Shown here: in pieces, positions 42,280 to 53,942 of the stretch | Numbering within the stretch: position 1 is the first letter of the stretch | Layout: every line of letters starts with the position of its first letter | Source: Candidatus Bathyarchaeota archaeon | Lineage (GTDB): Archaea > Thermoproteota > Bathyarchaeia > Bathyarchaeales > Bathycorpusculaceae | DNA length: 64,000 bases | Reading direction: 5' to 3' | Assembly (NCBI GenBank): GCA_963806535.1 | Contig: CAWDYC010000004.1 | Span: 384,001 to 448,000 of the forward strand | Position numbers and translations under genes: made by a program | The notes under the pieces: generated by a model | The model's database searches: none | What the model was told of the DNA's origin: nothing | The model's input: only the letters and a program-made list of their open reading frames with translations

Positions 42280-43157
42280 TGGGAATCTTAATTGATGCTG
42301 GCACAAGAGCGATTGTTCAAGGAGTAACTGGAAAACAAGGCAGTTACCAAACTAAACTAATGCTTGATTATGGCACGAAAATATTAGCAGGCGTCTCTCC
42401 CGGAAAGGGAGGAAATACAATTGATGGACTGCCAGTTTTCGATACTGTAGAAGAGGCTGTTGATTCATATTCGCCTGATGCTTCGATAGTTTTTGTTCCT
42501 GCAAAGTATGCTCAAGATGCAGTCCTAGAAGCTATTGCAAGCAAAATCAAAACAATAGTTGTGATCACTGAGCATATTCCAATAAAAGACTCAATAAACA
42601 TGATTGCCAACGCGGCTCAATCGCAAATTTCTATTATTGGTCCAAACACGCCTGGAATAATCACGCCCGGAGAGTGTAAACTTGGAATAATGCCTGCCAA
42701 CATTTTTAGTCCAGGCACTGTTGGTTTGGTCTCCAGAAGCGGTACCTTAGCCTATGAAGTAGCTGCTGGCCTAAGAGCCAAAGGTTTGGGAGAGTCAACC
42801 TGCTTTGGTGTAGGCGGCGACCCAGTTGTTGGCTTGAATTTTATTGATGCGTTGAAACTTTTCAAAGAAGATGCAAAAACAAAAGCTGTGGTTTTAATTG
42901 GCGAAATCGGCGGCAATATGGAAGAGCAAACAGCAGAATACTTAACTAGACATCGGTATCCTAAGCCTGTTATAGCTTATGTGGCTGGCCGCTTTGCGCC
43001 AACTGGCAAGCGAATGGGCCATGCAGGAGCAATAATTACGGGTAAGCAAGGTACTGCACAAAGCAAAATTGAGGCATTTTCAAGCGCTGGAGTTAAGATT
43101 GCTGAGAAGCCAAATGATATTGCCAGATTAGTCAGTGAATCGCTATTTAAAAACTAA
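42279..43157 (+). CDS. sucD: Succinyl-CoA synthetase alpha subunit
   Basis: QGVTGKQG, IGPNTPG, SRSGTL, GEIGG, KRMGHAGA phospho-His. Confidence 0.95.
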   Translation: MGILIDAGTRAIVQGVTGKQGSYQTKLMLDYGTKILAGVSPGKGGNTIDGLPVFDTVEEAVDSYSPDASIVFVPAKYAQDAVLEAIASKIKTIVVITEHIPIKDSINMIANAAQSQISIIGPNTPGIITPGECKLGIMPANIFSPGTVGLVSRSGTLAYEVAAGLRAKGLGESTCFGVGGDPVVGLNFIDALKLFKEDAKTKAVVLIGEIGGNMEEQTAEYLTRHRYPKPVIAYVAGRFAPTGKRMGHAGAIITGKQGTAQSKIEAFSSAGVKIAEKPNDIARLVSESLFKN

Positions 43158-43324
43158 TTTGCCAACCTGCAAAGAATCATGGTTTTCATCATTCAAAACC
43201 GTTTGTCGCGGGTCTCAAAGGTCTCCATTGAAAAAATTCGCTTTAAAATTCAGGCACATCCTCCGAAACTGAAGCTTGCTTGGCATAAATCTCTATTGGA
43301 TTTGAACCCTGACTTTCAGGGAGG

Positions 43325-43705
43325 TTAAACTACAAATTCAACGTTTTCCAATTCCTTAAACCACTTATCGCCAGTAAGAAATTTTACGTTAGACTTTAGT
43401 GCAAGATAATACCCAAGAGCATCTGCGTAAGATATATCGCAGCCTTTTTTCTTTAGATTCAACCGCAGCTTCATTGAATCTTCAATATCAGCTAATCCAA
43501 AATCGATTACATATTTGGCAAATACTTTCACAACCTGCGAAGCTGCTTGTGCCCCATGAAGTTCAAGAGTGCGGTAAGATATTTCCATTAAATTCAGCTT
43601 GGTTAAGAAGCCATCATTTTCTTCAAAATAAGTCCTGTAGTTTGGGTTGTCAGAAAGATAAGCCATAACGGCATAGCTGTCATAGAAGAATCTTGCTTTC
43701 TGCAA
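43325..43705 (-). CDS. vapC: VapC PIN toxin
   Basis: FYDSYA, LMEI, SYADALGY, LTGDKWF. Confidence 0.88.
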   Translation of the reverse strand: MQKARFFYDSYAVMAYLSDNPNYRTYFEENDGFLTKLNLMEISYRTLELHGAQAASQVVKVFAKYVIDFGLADIEDSMKLRLNLKKKGCDISYADALGYYLALKSNVKFLTGDKWFKELENVEFVV

Positions 43706-43706
43706 T

Positions 43707-43913
43707 TTATTCCCAGCCGCGTTTCATTTTGTTCTTTTCATCTTGCAAATCTTTGAAGGGGTACTTGCCGCGAAGAGAACTCACATCAGATACTTTTCTG
43801 ACAGTGACTTCTACCTCTTCGCCTTCCTTGAGTTCCTCTTCATCTACTAGCGCTTTGGGAAGTATTATGCCTAACGAATTTCCCCAACACTTAATTTTCG
43901 TCTTAGTATTCAT
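43707..43913 (-). CDS. AbrB/MazE antitoxin
   Basis: KCWGNSLGIILPK...ELKEGEEV. Confidence 0.9.
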   Translation of the reverse strand: MNTKTKIKCWGNSLGIILPKALVDEEELKEGEEVEVTVRKVSDVSSLRGKYPFKDLQDEKNKMKRGWE

Positions 43914-44013
43914 AATTATACACGTATAACTTATAGCTTAAAGCTTTTGTGTTTCAGATTAAAAATCAAATTGATGGCACCACGGGCGGATACCGAATTG
44001 CTGCTTATCCTAG

Positions 44014-44131
44014 GGAAATTGTCAGGAAATTTATGATTTTAATTTCCAACATCATTTAGTACCGATGCTTTAACGGCAGGTATTGATTTTTTGATAAGAC
44101 GTAGGTACTCGACTCAGTATTGACGTTTTTT
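44014..44131 (-). repeat. Remnant of vapC 3' end (copy 3) plus left tip of the phased-decamer element
   Basis: GAAATTTATGATTTT...GCTTTAACGGCAGG...GTAGGTACTCG followed by ACTCAGTATTGACGTTTTT as at 35553. Confidence 0.7.
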
Positions 44132-44499
44132 CTAAACGTGAGTTATCTTCTTATTCCTGCGATAACTGATATGTCACATAATTTGGCTAATTCCGTAAAA
44201 ATTGTGCGTGATTATAGCAAAAGCGTCGTTAGAATTTTGGAGTCTATTTCATCAATCTTTCTCGTGTCTATTCAGACTTTGGATTTTGTTTTTTAATCAC
44301 CCAACACGATATTTTTCCTAATATGGCTGATGGTTATGTGTAAAAACCTGTGTTGGATTTTATGAAATCTTGAATTTTTTAAACACTTATCTTACTATAA
44401 TGTTTATTTTTTTTCAAATTAAGACCAATTTATGCTAAGTGTTAAATATAGAATATATAGACTAAGGAATTAGCGAAATAAAAGGAGTAAGAAAAAAAC

Positions 44500-47368
44500 A
44501 TGAAAATTACAAAAAACAAAATTGCAACTTTTGCTATTGCTATATTCTTAATGCTTTCAATGACCGCTTCAATGATGCTATTGCCAACAACTGACGCACA
44601 CACGCCCGCATGGCAAATACCAACATATGCCTACATACAGGCTATGCCTAACCCAGTGGGCGTGGGTCAGCAGGTAAACATTTTCTTGTGGCTTACCAAC
44701 TATTTTTACGGTAATTCGGTAACTAACGGTCTCAATTTCCACAACTTTAAGCTAACTATCACAGCGCCTAATGGTGCCGTAACAACACAGACTTTTGCCA
44801 ATATTAACCCAACGTCAGCCCAGGATTTCTTATATAATCCTGATCAAGTCGGCACGTACAATTTGACCTTCACTTATCCAGGAGAAACATACCCCCCAGC
44901 AGGGCTAACCAACGTTGTGCCAGCTAACTGTGTGAATTACATAAATGATACTTTTATGCCATCTTCTGCATCAGGAACCCTTACTGTGCAGCAAGAACCG
45001 CTTCCTGGGGCTACAACTTCGGAACCCATGCCGACCTGTTACTGGACACGACCGATATATGGTTTGAACACTAATTGGTACTCGATTTCGTCAAATTGGT
45101 TAGGCGAAGGTGCACCTAACTACGGCGGCTGGACCAATGTAGTCCAAGCACAAAGCTTCGAACTCAATGGCATGGCAGTGTTTCCAGGGGACGCTATAGG
45201 CTCTCTAACCAGCCACGTTATGTGGACTTCACCTATGCAAAGTGGAGGAGTTGTTGGAGGAAGCGTTTACAATCCACAAGGACAAACATTCTTCGACGGC
45301 TCTGCTTACTTAGTAAGATACGTCAATCCGATAATACTTGGTGGCTTGCTATTCTACACTGAACCCATATCATTTACAAACACGGGTTACGGACCTACCA
45401 ATCCTAGTGGCCCTACTGTCTGCGTTAATCTGCAATCAGGAAAAGTTGTTTGGTCTCGAAGTGATGTGCTACCGCTATTAATGGGCTATATGCCAGACGT
45501 TCAGACTGTAAATGAGCATGGAGTTTGTGAGCCAATTCTAATTTCAGAACAGACTGTCGGTTCGACTACCCCTGGCTTTCCCACTGTTTTAGGAAATACA
45601 ACTTGGATAGGTTATGATGGAGACACAGGAGACCCAATCTTCAACGTAACTAATGTACCAGCATACGGAACAATGGGATCTCTTGGCCCTGGCAAAGCTA
45701 TGGGTCCAGACGGTGAATACTTGAACTATGTCTTTGCTAATGCAGGCAATGCTACGAATCCTGACTGGCGTCTAGGAGAGTGGAACTCATCCTTGGTGTT
45801 TCTTGCGTATGGCCAAGGTAGACCAACCTTCCAAAACCTAACTTATGTTGGCGCCAACCCGACCCCCTACATTGTCGATGGAAGCATTTCAACAGGTGCG
45901 AACAACCGTTATGATTTTAATGTTTCAGTACCATGGCTCAACACAATGCCTGCATCAACCCCGCCGCAAACTCCCTTGCAAACAAATCCAGCAGCAAACA
46001 ACACATATCCTTATGCCACGTTTTATGCAGCGAAGAACACTCCAGTAACGATTGTGTCGGCTAAGTACGGCGATGGAATACTTTGCTACAATGGTACAAT
46101 GCCTTGCAACGGCGAAAACAATGGTTTCCCATATGTAAGCTCTGCACCCTACACGTACTTCTTTGTCAACCTCAATGCCTAGTAGAGGCGCAGTCGGTTC
46201 GGTTCAGTGGTGGAGTACATTTAATGCGCCAGCAAACAATTACACAGTCGTTCCTCAGGGAGTGGATTGGGGCACTCGTATCTTCCTTCAAACAAATAAG
46301 GAAAGCGTCCAATGGGTTGGATACAACTTAGATACTGGTGCGTACCTATGGACAAGTGCGTCCGAAGTACCTCTCAACTACTACGGAAGTCCAAGCCAAG
46401 GTGTTATCGCTGGCCAAGTTGCTTATGGCCACATCTACAGCGGATCTCTCGGCGGAATAATATATTGCTACGATGATACAACGGGAAAAATATTGTGGAC
46501 TTATGGCAACGGCGGCGAAGGCAACAGCACCAACTCTGACTTCAATTGGCGCTACGGTAATATTCCAACATGCGTAGCCGCTGTTGGAAATGATGTGGTA
46601 TACCTTTGGACAACTGAGCACACTTGGACAACACCGATTTACAAAGGCGGATTAGCACGCGCTATTAACGCTACTACAGGACAAGAACTCTGGACCATTT
46701 CATCAGTCACCATGAATTTCGGTATGACAAGCTACGCTATGGCAGATGGCTTCAACACATGGTTTAACGGTTACGACAATCAAATCTACACTGTAGGCAG
46801 AGGACCAAGCGCAACCACAGTTACGGCTGGACCGAAGTTTTCAACAATCGGAAATAGCGTGGTTATAGAAGGAACAGTTACAGACATATCTACTGGCACA
46901 AAGCAAGATCAGCAAGTGGCAGACTTTCCTAACGGCGTTCCTGTCGCATCAGACGCAAGCATGGGTCAATGGATGAGCTATGTTTATCAGCAACAATCGA
47001 TGCCAACTAACTTTACTGGTGTTCCGGTGCAGTTTTACGTCCTAGACTCTAACGGGAACTATCGGCAAATAGGAAGTGCAACAACCGATGAAAGTGGTTC
47101 TTACAGTTTAACATGGACTCCTGACATTATAGGCAACTTCACTGTCTACGCCAATTTCGCGGGCACAAATGGATATTGGCCATCATCTGCTGAAACACAC
47201 TTCAACGTCGGTAGTCCAGCAGCAACTGCTCCAGTCGCGACAGCTCAAACAAACATAGCAACCACCGGCGACTTAATGACATATATCGTTGCGTCAGCAA
47301 TCGCCATAATTATTGTAATAGTAATAATTGGCGTTCTGATAATAGTGATGCAAAGAAAACGTGCATAA
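44500..47368 (+). CDS. PQQ-like beta-propeller surface protein (one frameshift near 46180)
   Basis: Signal peptide; YWTRPI..N.NW..ISSNWL; TGKILW, AINATTGQELW; GVPVASDASM; TM+RKRA. Confidence 0.88.
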
Positions 47369-47430
47369 ACAAATGACAAAAAAATTTCCCTTCCCTTTTT
47401 TTGGGTTTAAGAAATAATGGCGATAAATAT

Positions 47431-47535
47431 GGGCTGAGTAGGCCTTTGATAATACTTATCTGTTCGCGGCTGAGAATGGTTTTTGCATTTCTATTCTTTT
47501 CTTCCTTTAAAGTGGTCCAGAGCCTCAGCAAACCC
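47431..47535 (+). ncRNA. Conserved structured element downstream of propeller gene (copy 2)
   Basis: GGGCTGA[GTA]GGC...AGAATGG/CTATTCT...GCCTCAGC[AAA]CCC. Confidence 0.5.
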
Positions 47536-47689
47536 AATTTGCCAAAAATATTTTTCCCTCTTCAAATAGTTATGGAGGCGATTCGAACCCCCATTAGTTA
47601 GTGTCTTAGTGGATTTTGAACTTCCGGTTTCATTGTTCTCCAACGATGTGATCGCCTTCCTTCTTTAAAACCATCATTTGTACTGGTAA

Positions 47690-47792
47690 GTTATGATTTC
47701 TATTTTCCGATATCATTTAGTGTTGATGCTTTAATGGCAGGTAATGCTTTTTTGTTAAGACATAGGTCCTCGGTTATTAGTTGCAGTTCTTA
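47690..47792 (-). repeat. Remnant of vapC 3' end (copy 4)
   Basis: Minus strand reads ELQLITEDLCLNKKALPAIKASTLNDIGK*, matching the end of 51996-52390. Confidence 0.8.
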
Positions 47793-47842
47793 AACCTGGA
47801 TAGATGGACACGCAACAGCTACAGGTTCCTCATCGGTTTCTT

Positions 47843-50800
47843 TCACTCAGCCTTTTGCTCTATATCGTTTTCTGGTTGTTTGCGGCTGGATAGTTTATAG
47901 GGCCACCAGTTGAATTTCTGTGCCATACCCATCAGTGCAGGGCACAAAGAAGAGAATGACGACTGTGACGTCTATTAGTACAGCTGCGGCGATGGCGAGG
48001 CTGATTTCTTGAATGAGCACAATCCCGGTTAAAAGCAGAGAAGCGAACACTGCTGACAGCACAAGTCCAAGGCCAAGGATGGTTACCCAAACTTTGTCAA
48101 CAGCAGCCTTTATTGCTTCGTCGTCTGTTTTGCCGTTTAGCACTTCCTCGCGTATTCTAGTGACGAAAAATATGTCATAGTCTATTCCAACACCTAACAT
48201 AGTTACTACAACGAATAATGGTGCATAGTTAAGAATTGGCAAGTTAAGACCACTGTGGAATATGAGTGAGACTATCGCTAAGGACATAATTACGCTGCAA
48301 AGTATTGTAATTATTAGGCGAAGAGGCGTAAATGCGGATCTTAAGCTGGAAAAAGAGAATCACATAAACCGCCACCGCGAGGATTATAATAACCTCTGGA
48401 AGCAAATTATCCATGAATGTTTGGCTGTCATATGTTGATTGCGTTTGACCTCCAAAATGAATTACAATGCCATTCATAAGCGATAGATTGTTGATGTTTT
48501 TCTCCATATCCGCGTAAAGAGTTGATGGCAGCCTGACTCAAAGCTGAATCTGAAAGCCCAACGGTGATTAAAACCGTCTTATTGTCTTCCCCAATCATTG
48601 TAAACATTTCATTTTCATACTGCAAACGCAGAGATTCTGACATGCCCTCGATAGTTGAGTAATTGAATGAATCGCCATAGGGTCTTGTTGGACTAACAAC
48701 GCTTATGACGCCATTTGAACTTGCAGCGGCAGTTGTAATTTGGTCGATTTGGTTTAGCAGGGTCTGGTTAAATTGGTTATCTCCGTATGTAATCTGTGTA
48801 GGCGTTGTGACAGTGATATAGGTTGGATATATTGTTCCGCTTCCAAAGTTGTCTGCTATAACGGTTACTCCTTGGTTGCTGGAGAAGTTTGGAATGAGTT
48901 TTTGGAAGTCACTGCTAAAGGGTGTGGTAAACGTTACAAAGATGGCACCTATGGACAACACGCTGAGTATAACCACTATGGGCACTTTCTTTTTAAGCGT
49001 GCCCTCTGCCACTCTTTTCAGAATGTTCTTACGATTAGAACTTGTTTTCGAGCGCCTGTTTAGTCCTGGCCAGAAAATCTTGTCACCAAGGGCAATCTCA
49101 AGCGCAGGCAACAACGTGAGTGACGCAGCAAGCAAAATTACAACTCCTAATGCTATGGCGGTTCCGACCTGGCTAAAGATGGGTACGTTAACAACTGCCA
49201 TAATTATGTAAGCTACTATGACAGTTATTCCTGCTGTTAGCACTGCTTGTCCAGCCCATTTAATTGAGATACCTACACTTTCCTCGATGGATTTACCTTG
49301 AAGTCGTTCCTCTTTTGTGCGTTTAAGCTGCAAAACCGCATAGTCTACAGCAAGACCCAGCATCAAAAGTATTGTTAAAGTTGGAGTGAGAAAAGTCAGG
49401 CTTCCATGACCTAAATCTACAATTCCAAGGTAGATGGATGCAAGAGCAACCACAATAGAGCAGCCGCCTACCAGAATCGGAATCAAAGCAGCCAGCGGCG
49501 CCAAAAATAATAATCCAACGATTAAAATGGAAATAACAATTCCAGGTACCACTGTAATCTCAAGGGCCGGCATAAATGCAATCTCAAAATCGTTAGACAA
49601 AACAGAGCCACCAGTTACGTATACCTCTCCAAAGTTTTGCAATCCAGAGTCTTGCACATCTGATTTTACTTGGGCAATCGAGTTGGCATCTGGAATAGAT
49701 GAGAAATTAAGAATAATTAGCATTGTATCATTATTTGAATTTACAAAATTCTTAGTCAACGAGCTTAGAGGCATATACGGGTAATCCATGTATGATTGAG
49801 TTATTACCTCGTTTTCAATGGCATTGTTTATGTCGGCAATAGCTTGCATTTTGCGGAAGACCGGAAAGGAGATTGCTCAAAGATGTGCTGTTTACCGAAA
49901 AGAGTGGTGAGTCTGAAAAAGTGTTCTGAGTGGCATTTGAAATAAACTTGCAAGCAAGAGTCCATGCCTGAGCATCGCTTGGCGATGAACCAAGCAGATA
50001 AGCAGACTTGTATCAGGTCGGAAACTGAGAAGCCTGTATTTGACGTTGTGATGTTAGAGTAGCTTGTTTCTAAGAGGCTGATTGCGTAGTTTCCAAGGGT
50101 CGTGTTTGAAGGTGACGGCCCAAAACTGTATAGTTCATTAACAAGGTTCTATCGCTGAGGTTCCGAGGGACGATGATAGTTCTGAGGGGATGTTTGATGC
50201 CATGGTTGAAATCGTCAAGTTTTCTAATGCGTTAAATTGATTCCAAGTTGTAACAGTCAAACCTGACGCCACAAGACCCAGCATTTGACTTGTCTGTGTA
50301 TCAAGCTGGGGATTGTTCAGGAAAGCCGCAACTGCTTGACCTACGGCGAAAGCTTCACGGTCAGACACGGATGTGCTGTTTGGAAGCACTTGGTAACTGG
50401 CATTCCAAGCGTTAAAGAAAGCAGTGTAGTACCCGATTGATTGGGCGTTGCCTCCGAAATTAGAGGTTACGCTGAACATAGTAGCGTTAGCTTGAATATT
50501 AGCATCAATCGGATTTGTATCGCCAAAAGCACTGAGCTGTTGCGATACTCCTTGCCAAACGTTGACGTACGCTGCAGGTATACCATAAACTAGCTGAGCT
50601 GTTTGGTTAATGCCATCTTGCATTTGAAACAGGTTTGTGCTTAATACAGACAGGTTATCTTGCAGTGAATATAATCCTGAGTTGATCGTGGTTATGTTTG
50701 ATTGGAGATTTGCTGTCTGATTAATTATGGCGGGCAATGACTCGTTAAGCAGGCTTGCTTCCAGCGAGTAAAGGCTTGACTCGCCAGTGTAATTAATGAT

Positions 50801-51129
50801 CTGCTTGTCTTTAGAAAGAGTGCCATTCAACTTAAGAACAGCATCTTTTAATGAATCAGAATAAACTGGGGCACCTTGAACGGCAATAATGATGGTGTTT
50901 TTACTACTATTGCTGACTTCTGGGAATTGAGTTTGTAGTATGTTTGATACCGTTTGTGATTCACTATTTGGGGGTGATCCAACACTTCCCATGATATCAT
51001 AAGAAACTGATGAAAAGAAGCTTGGAATAAGAACAAGCGAAAGCAGTACTACGACAATCCATGCTATAATGATCGACCGATGCCGCCTCCGAATGAAAAC
51101 ATTAATGAATCGAAAATTGACTTACGCAA
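47843..51129 (-). CDS. MMPL/RND-family membrane transporter (multiple frameshifts)
   Basis: YVTGG, LGLAVDYA, GVGIDYDIFFVTRIREE, WWP; several collinear ORF pieces. Confidence 0.85.
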
Positions 51130-51193
51130 TTAAATCTAACTCCACGTAGCAATGTATCGATAAGCATTTGCTTGCTATCAGATTAACATTTTA

Positions 51194-51207
51194 CCGCATA
51201 GATGCGG
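51194..51207. promoter_or_regulatory. Inverted repeat between divergent MMPL and HTH genes
   Basis: CCGCAT-AG-ATGCGG. Confidence 0.45.
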
Positions 51208-51248
51208 CTCATCGAAAAGAATAAATCAAAAGGCAACAAGTATCTTTT

Positions 51249-51901
51249 ATGCGTCGATTAATTTTAGAAATCTCGGAAAAAGAACTTTCCAAATTTGGAT
51301 TAGAAATGCAATCATTTCAAAAAATAAAATCATTAGACTTTCTGCATTTCCTAAGACAAGACCGTGAAGAATTTGCAGTAATATCGAGAATAGAATTCAA
51401 GGACGACTCATCCAAAATCGAAGACCTGCTTGTTGGAGGCTTAATGGTTGAAGCGCAGCTTCTTGAACAAGAAAATAGCAGAACCTACACCGTCTTCTTG
51501 AAAGGCGGACCAAGTTTATCCTCAATTCTAGATTATTTAGGCATAGGCGGATATTTGTTCCCTCCGCTTGAAATTAGCGGAAAAAAACTAACGTCTTTCC
51601 TTTCTTGGAAGTGAACAACAAGTGGGCGAATTTATCAAGAAAATAACCGCCTTAGGGATTCGACATAGAGTAGTTTTGTTGACTGAAGCAAACTTCTCAC
51701 CCGACTCCCCCCTCAGCAAGCTAACTGAAAAACAAAGAGAGGTCTTAATTGCAGCTTACAAGCTTGGATACTATGACATCCCACGAAGAATAAATTCAGA
51801 GAAACTTGCTAAGAAACTTAACATTGGAGGCTCAACGTTAGGGGAGCATCTTGAGGAAAGCAGAACAACGCATTCTCATCGATGTACTAACAGAAACATG
51901 A
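51249..51901 (+). CDS. HTH-10 (bacterio-opsin activator-like) regulator, frameshifted
   Basis: LTEKQREVLIAAYKLGYYDIPRRI...LAKKLNI..STLGEHL(RKAE). Confidence 0.85.
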
Positions 51902-51995
51902 CCTTTAGCTTTGTCAAGTTTCTTTCCAAAAGCGTCATAGGCAGTCAAACATTGCCATGCCAACTGAAGGAAGATTGTCTAGAAATTTATGCTTT

Positions 51996-52390
51996 TTATT
52001 TTCCAATATCATTGAGCGCTAATGCTTTAACGGCTAGCATTGCCTTTTTGATTAGGTGTTGGTCTTCGGTTATTAGTTGCAGTTCTTTAATTCTGGCTAT
52101 GCGAACGTATGAGGCATCGTAAAACGTAGTTTTCAACTCCATTGCCCCACTCTAGTATTTCTTCCTCATTGCTCTCTATCGGTATTACTTCCATTAGGGT
52201 CAGCGCGTGCTTTATCGCCTTTAAGATCTTCTTTGCCTCGTTTTTTGAGATTTTGGCATGCAAGAAATGATCTTTCCAAACAATATTTCCCAACTCATAC
52301 CTTGCTAACTCTAACTTATAGCTTCCAAATAAAAGGTCGATTTTATTCTTTTCAATAGTTCTGAAGATGGCTGAAGATTCAAATAGGCAT
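51996..52390 (-). pseudogene. vapC: VapC PIN toxin, frameshifted, first acidic residue Glu instead of usual Asp
   Basis: MPYLFESSAIF...ARYELGNIVWK...TFYDASYV...LITEDQHL; 395 nt. Confidence 0.8.
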
Positions 52391-52391
52391 A

Positions 52392-52928
52392 TTATCTGCT
52401 GTCTCTATCTTCTCTTGTGCTTTTGACTATGTCTTCTATGCTTACTTTCTCGGGTATGGGTTTTATTTTGTCTACTTCTTCTCTAAGTAGTTCAGTTTCT
52501 TTTCTTTTTATTTCGTCTTCGATCATACTCAGGATGTTTAGCATTTCCTGAACTGTTAGGATTTTAATCCCTTTGAATTCTTTCAATGAAAGCAGGTGCT
52601 TGTCTCCTGAAACAACGTAGTCAGCTTTGCCATCATAAGCTGCTCGTAGAATAATGTCGTCATCAGGGTCTGCTTTAACAACCTTGAATCTGGATTTCAC
52701 TTGCACTATTCTTGCAGCGATTCCCAACGTCTTGAGAAAGACAGCCACATCTTGTTCGCTTGTATACTTTGCCACGTTTGGGTCTTCTATTACATCAAGG
52801 AACTCTTCCAAAATGGCTTTGGACAAAAATATCTGTTTATCTCTTGCTAATTTATTGATGAGCTCGCGCGGCTTACCAGCCTTAATTAAAGCTGAAATCA
52901 AAACGTTTGTGTCAAGGAGCGCTCTCAT
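52392..52928 (-). CDS. PIN toxin fused to the C-terminal half of a VapB antitoxin
   Basis: LLDTNVLISA...DPDDDIIL...VSGDKHLL, then IEDEIKRKE...IVKSTREDRDSR. Confidence 0.8.
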   Translation of the reverse strand: MRALLDTNVLISALIKAGKPRELINKLARDKQIFLSKAILEEFLDVIEDPNVAKYTSEQDVAVFLKTLGIAARIVQVKSRFKVVKADPDDDIILRAAYDGKADYVVSGDKHLLSLKEFKGIKILTVQEMLNILSMIEDEIKRKETELLREEVDKIKPIPEKVSIEDIVKSTREDRDSR

Positions 52929-52938
52929 TGTTCATTTG

Positions 52939-53229
52939 TCACTTTGAACTCTTTTTTCTTTGCCTATGCTCATGGATTATTTCGTTTATCTCATCGTTTG
53001 AGAGTTCGCCGTATTTTGCTATTCTTTCATCGACTCTCTTGTACATGGCTTCAATCTCTTTTGATAAGTCCGGCTCCTCAAATTTCTTTAGTATTACTGA
53101 GTCGTTGCATTCGTATACTAAGAATTTAGTTTTAGGTTTGAGGCCCATTCGTGATCTTATTTTTGCGGGTATAACAACTTGACCTTTTTCACTGAGAATC
53201 GTAAGTTCAGCCTTTTCACTTTGAGCCAT
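52939..53229 (-). CDS. AbrB/MazE/SpoVT antitoxin
   Basis: LSEKGQVVIPAKIRSRMGLKP. Confidence 0.9.
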   Translation of the reverse strand: MAQSEKAELTILSEKGQVVIPAKIRSRMGLKPKTKFLVYECNDSVILKKFEEPDLSKEIEAMYKRVDERIAKYGELSNDEINEIIHEHRQRKKSSK

Positions 53230-53496
53230 TTACATTACCTGAGTATAATCTTACATTCTTACCTAAAATAGATATCTCTTACAAAGATAACGTCCTAGAG
53301 GCGCGATCAAGAATGCCCACAGCTAGTTATTGGAGCCAAGTGCTTTAATGTCTTTAATTCACGTGTAAGATTCTGTTTTGGTGCGGATGTATTGACTCTG
53401 TTATCGCTTTAGCATTGGCTATATGGCAATTAAAGCACAGTGCGCGTCCGGGAGTAGATGTATACTTCTTTGAACACGAGGATAATCTCGTCGTTG

Positions 53497-53775
53497 CTAC
53501 CCATATTTTTCTAAAACTTGTCTACCAAAATCTGTTATTTGAACAGCATAAAAATCATAAGGCGGCGACTTTCTCGAAATATCCGAGTTATCCACAAGCA
53601 ATGATTTTTCCAGTTCTCTGACCGCATCGTTTAGGTCCTCTGGAGTTAGACCTGTTTTCTTATGTATTTGTTCACCTTTTACAAGTTCGCCATCTTTGAA
53701 TTCGGAAAGCACTTCAAGAACCTTCTTAGCATTCATATCCAAAATATTAAAATCATCAAGGTCAAAATCTTGCAT
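53497..53775 (-). CDS. Small winged-helix protein
   Basis: QIHKKTGLTPEDLNDAVRELEKSLLV...VQITDFGRQVL. Confidence 0.75.
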   Translation of the reverse strand: MQDFDLDDFNILDMNAKKVLEVLSEFKDGELVKGEQIHKKTGLTPEDLNDAVRELEKSLLVDNSDISRKSPPYDFYAVQITDFGRQVLEKYG

Positions 53776-53942
53776 CCCAAAAACCTCAATTAAACTATAG
53801 TGATCTTTACATAAAAACTATTTGCAAAAAGCCGATTATACAGATAAGCTCGGAATAATCATATTTGTCTCTCCTGGCGCGGAAACTAACCAACGATTTT
53901 GAGCGGTTTGGAAAACAGAATTTTTTAAATAAGGGAAACTAA

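Noticed and set aside
43296-47595. Other T-loop-like strings (GGATTTGAACCC at ~43298, GATTCGAACCCCC at ~47580)
   Set aside because: No convincing T-stem plus acceptor strand; could be chance or very decayed att remnants.
47310-47601. Short ORFs over the post-propeller element (also 20503, 58533, 58693, 61947, 62038)
   Set aside because: Frames and lengths are not conserved between copies, whereas base-pairing is.
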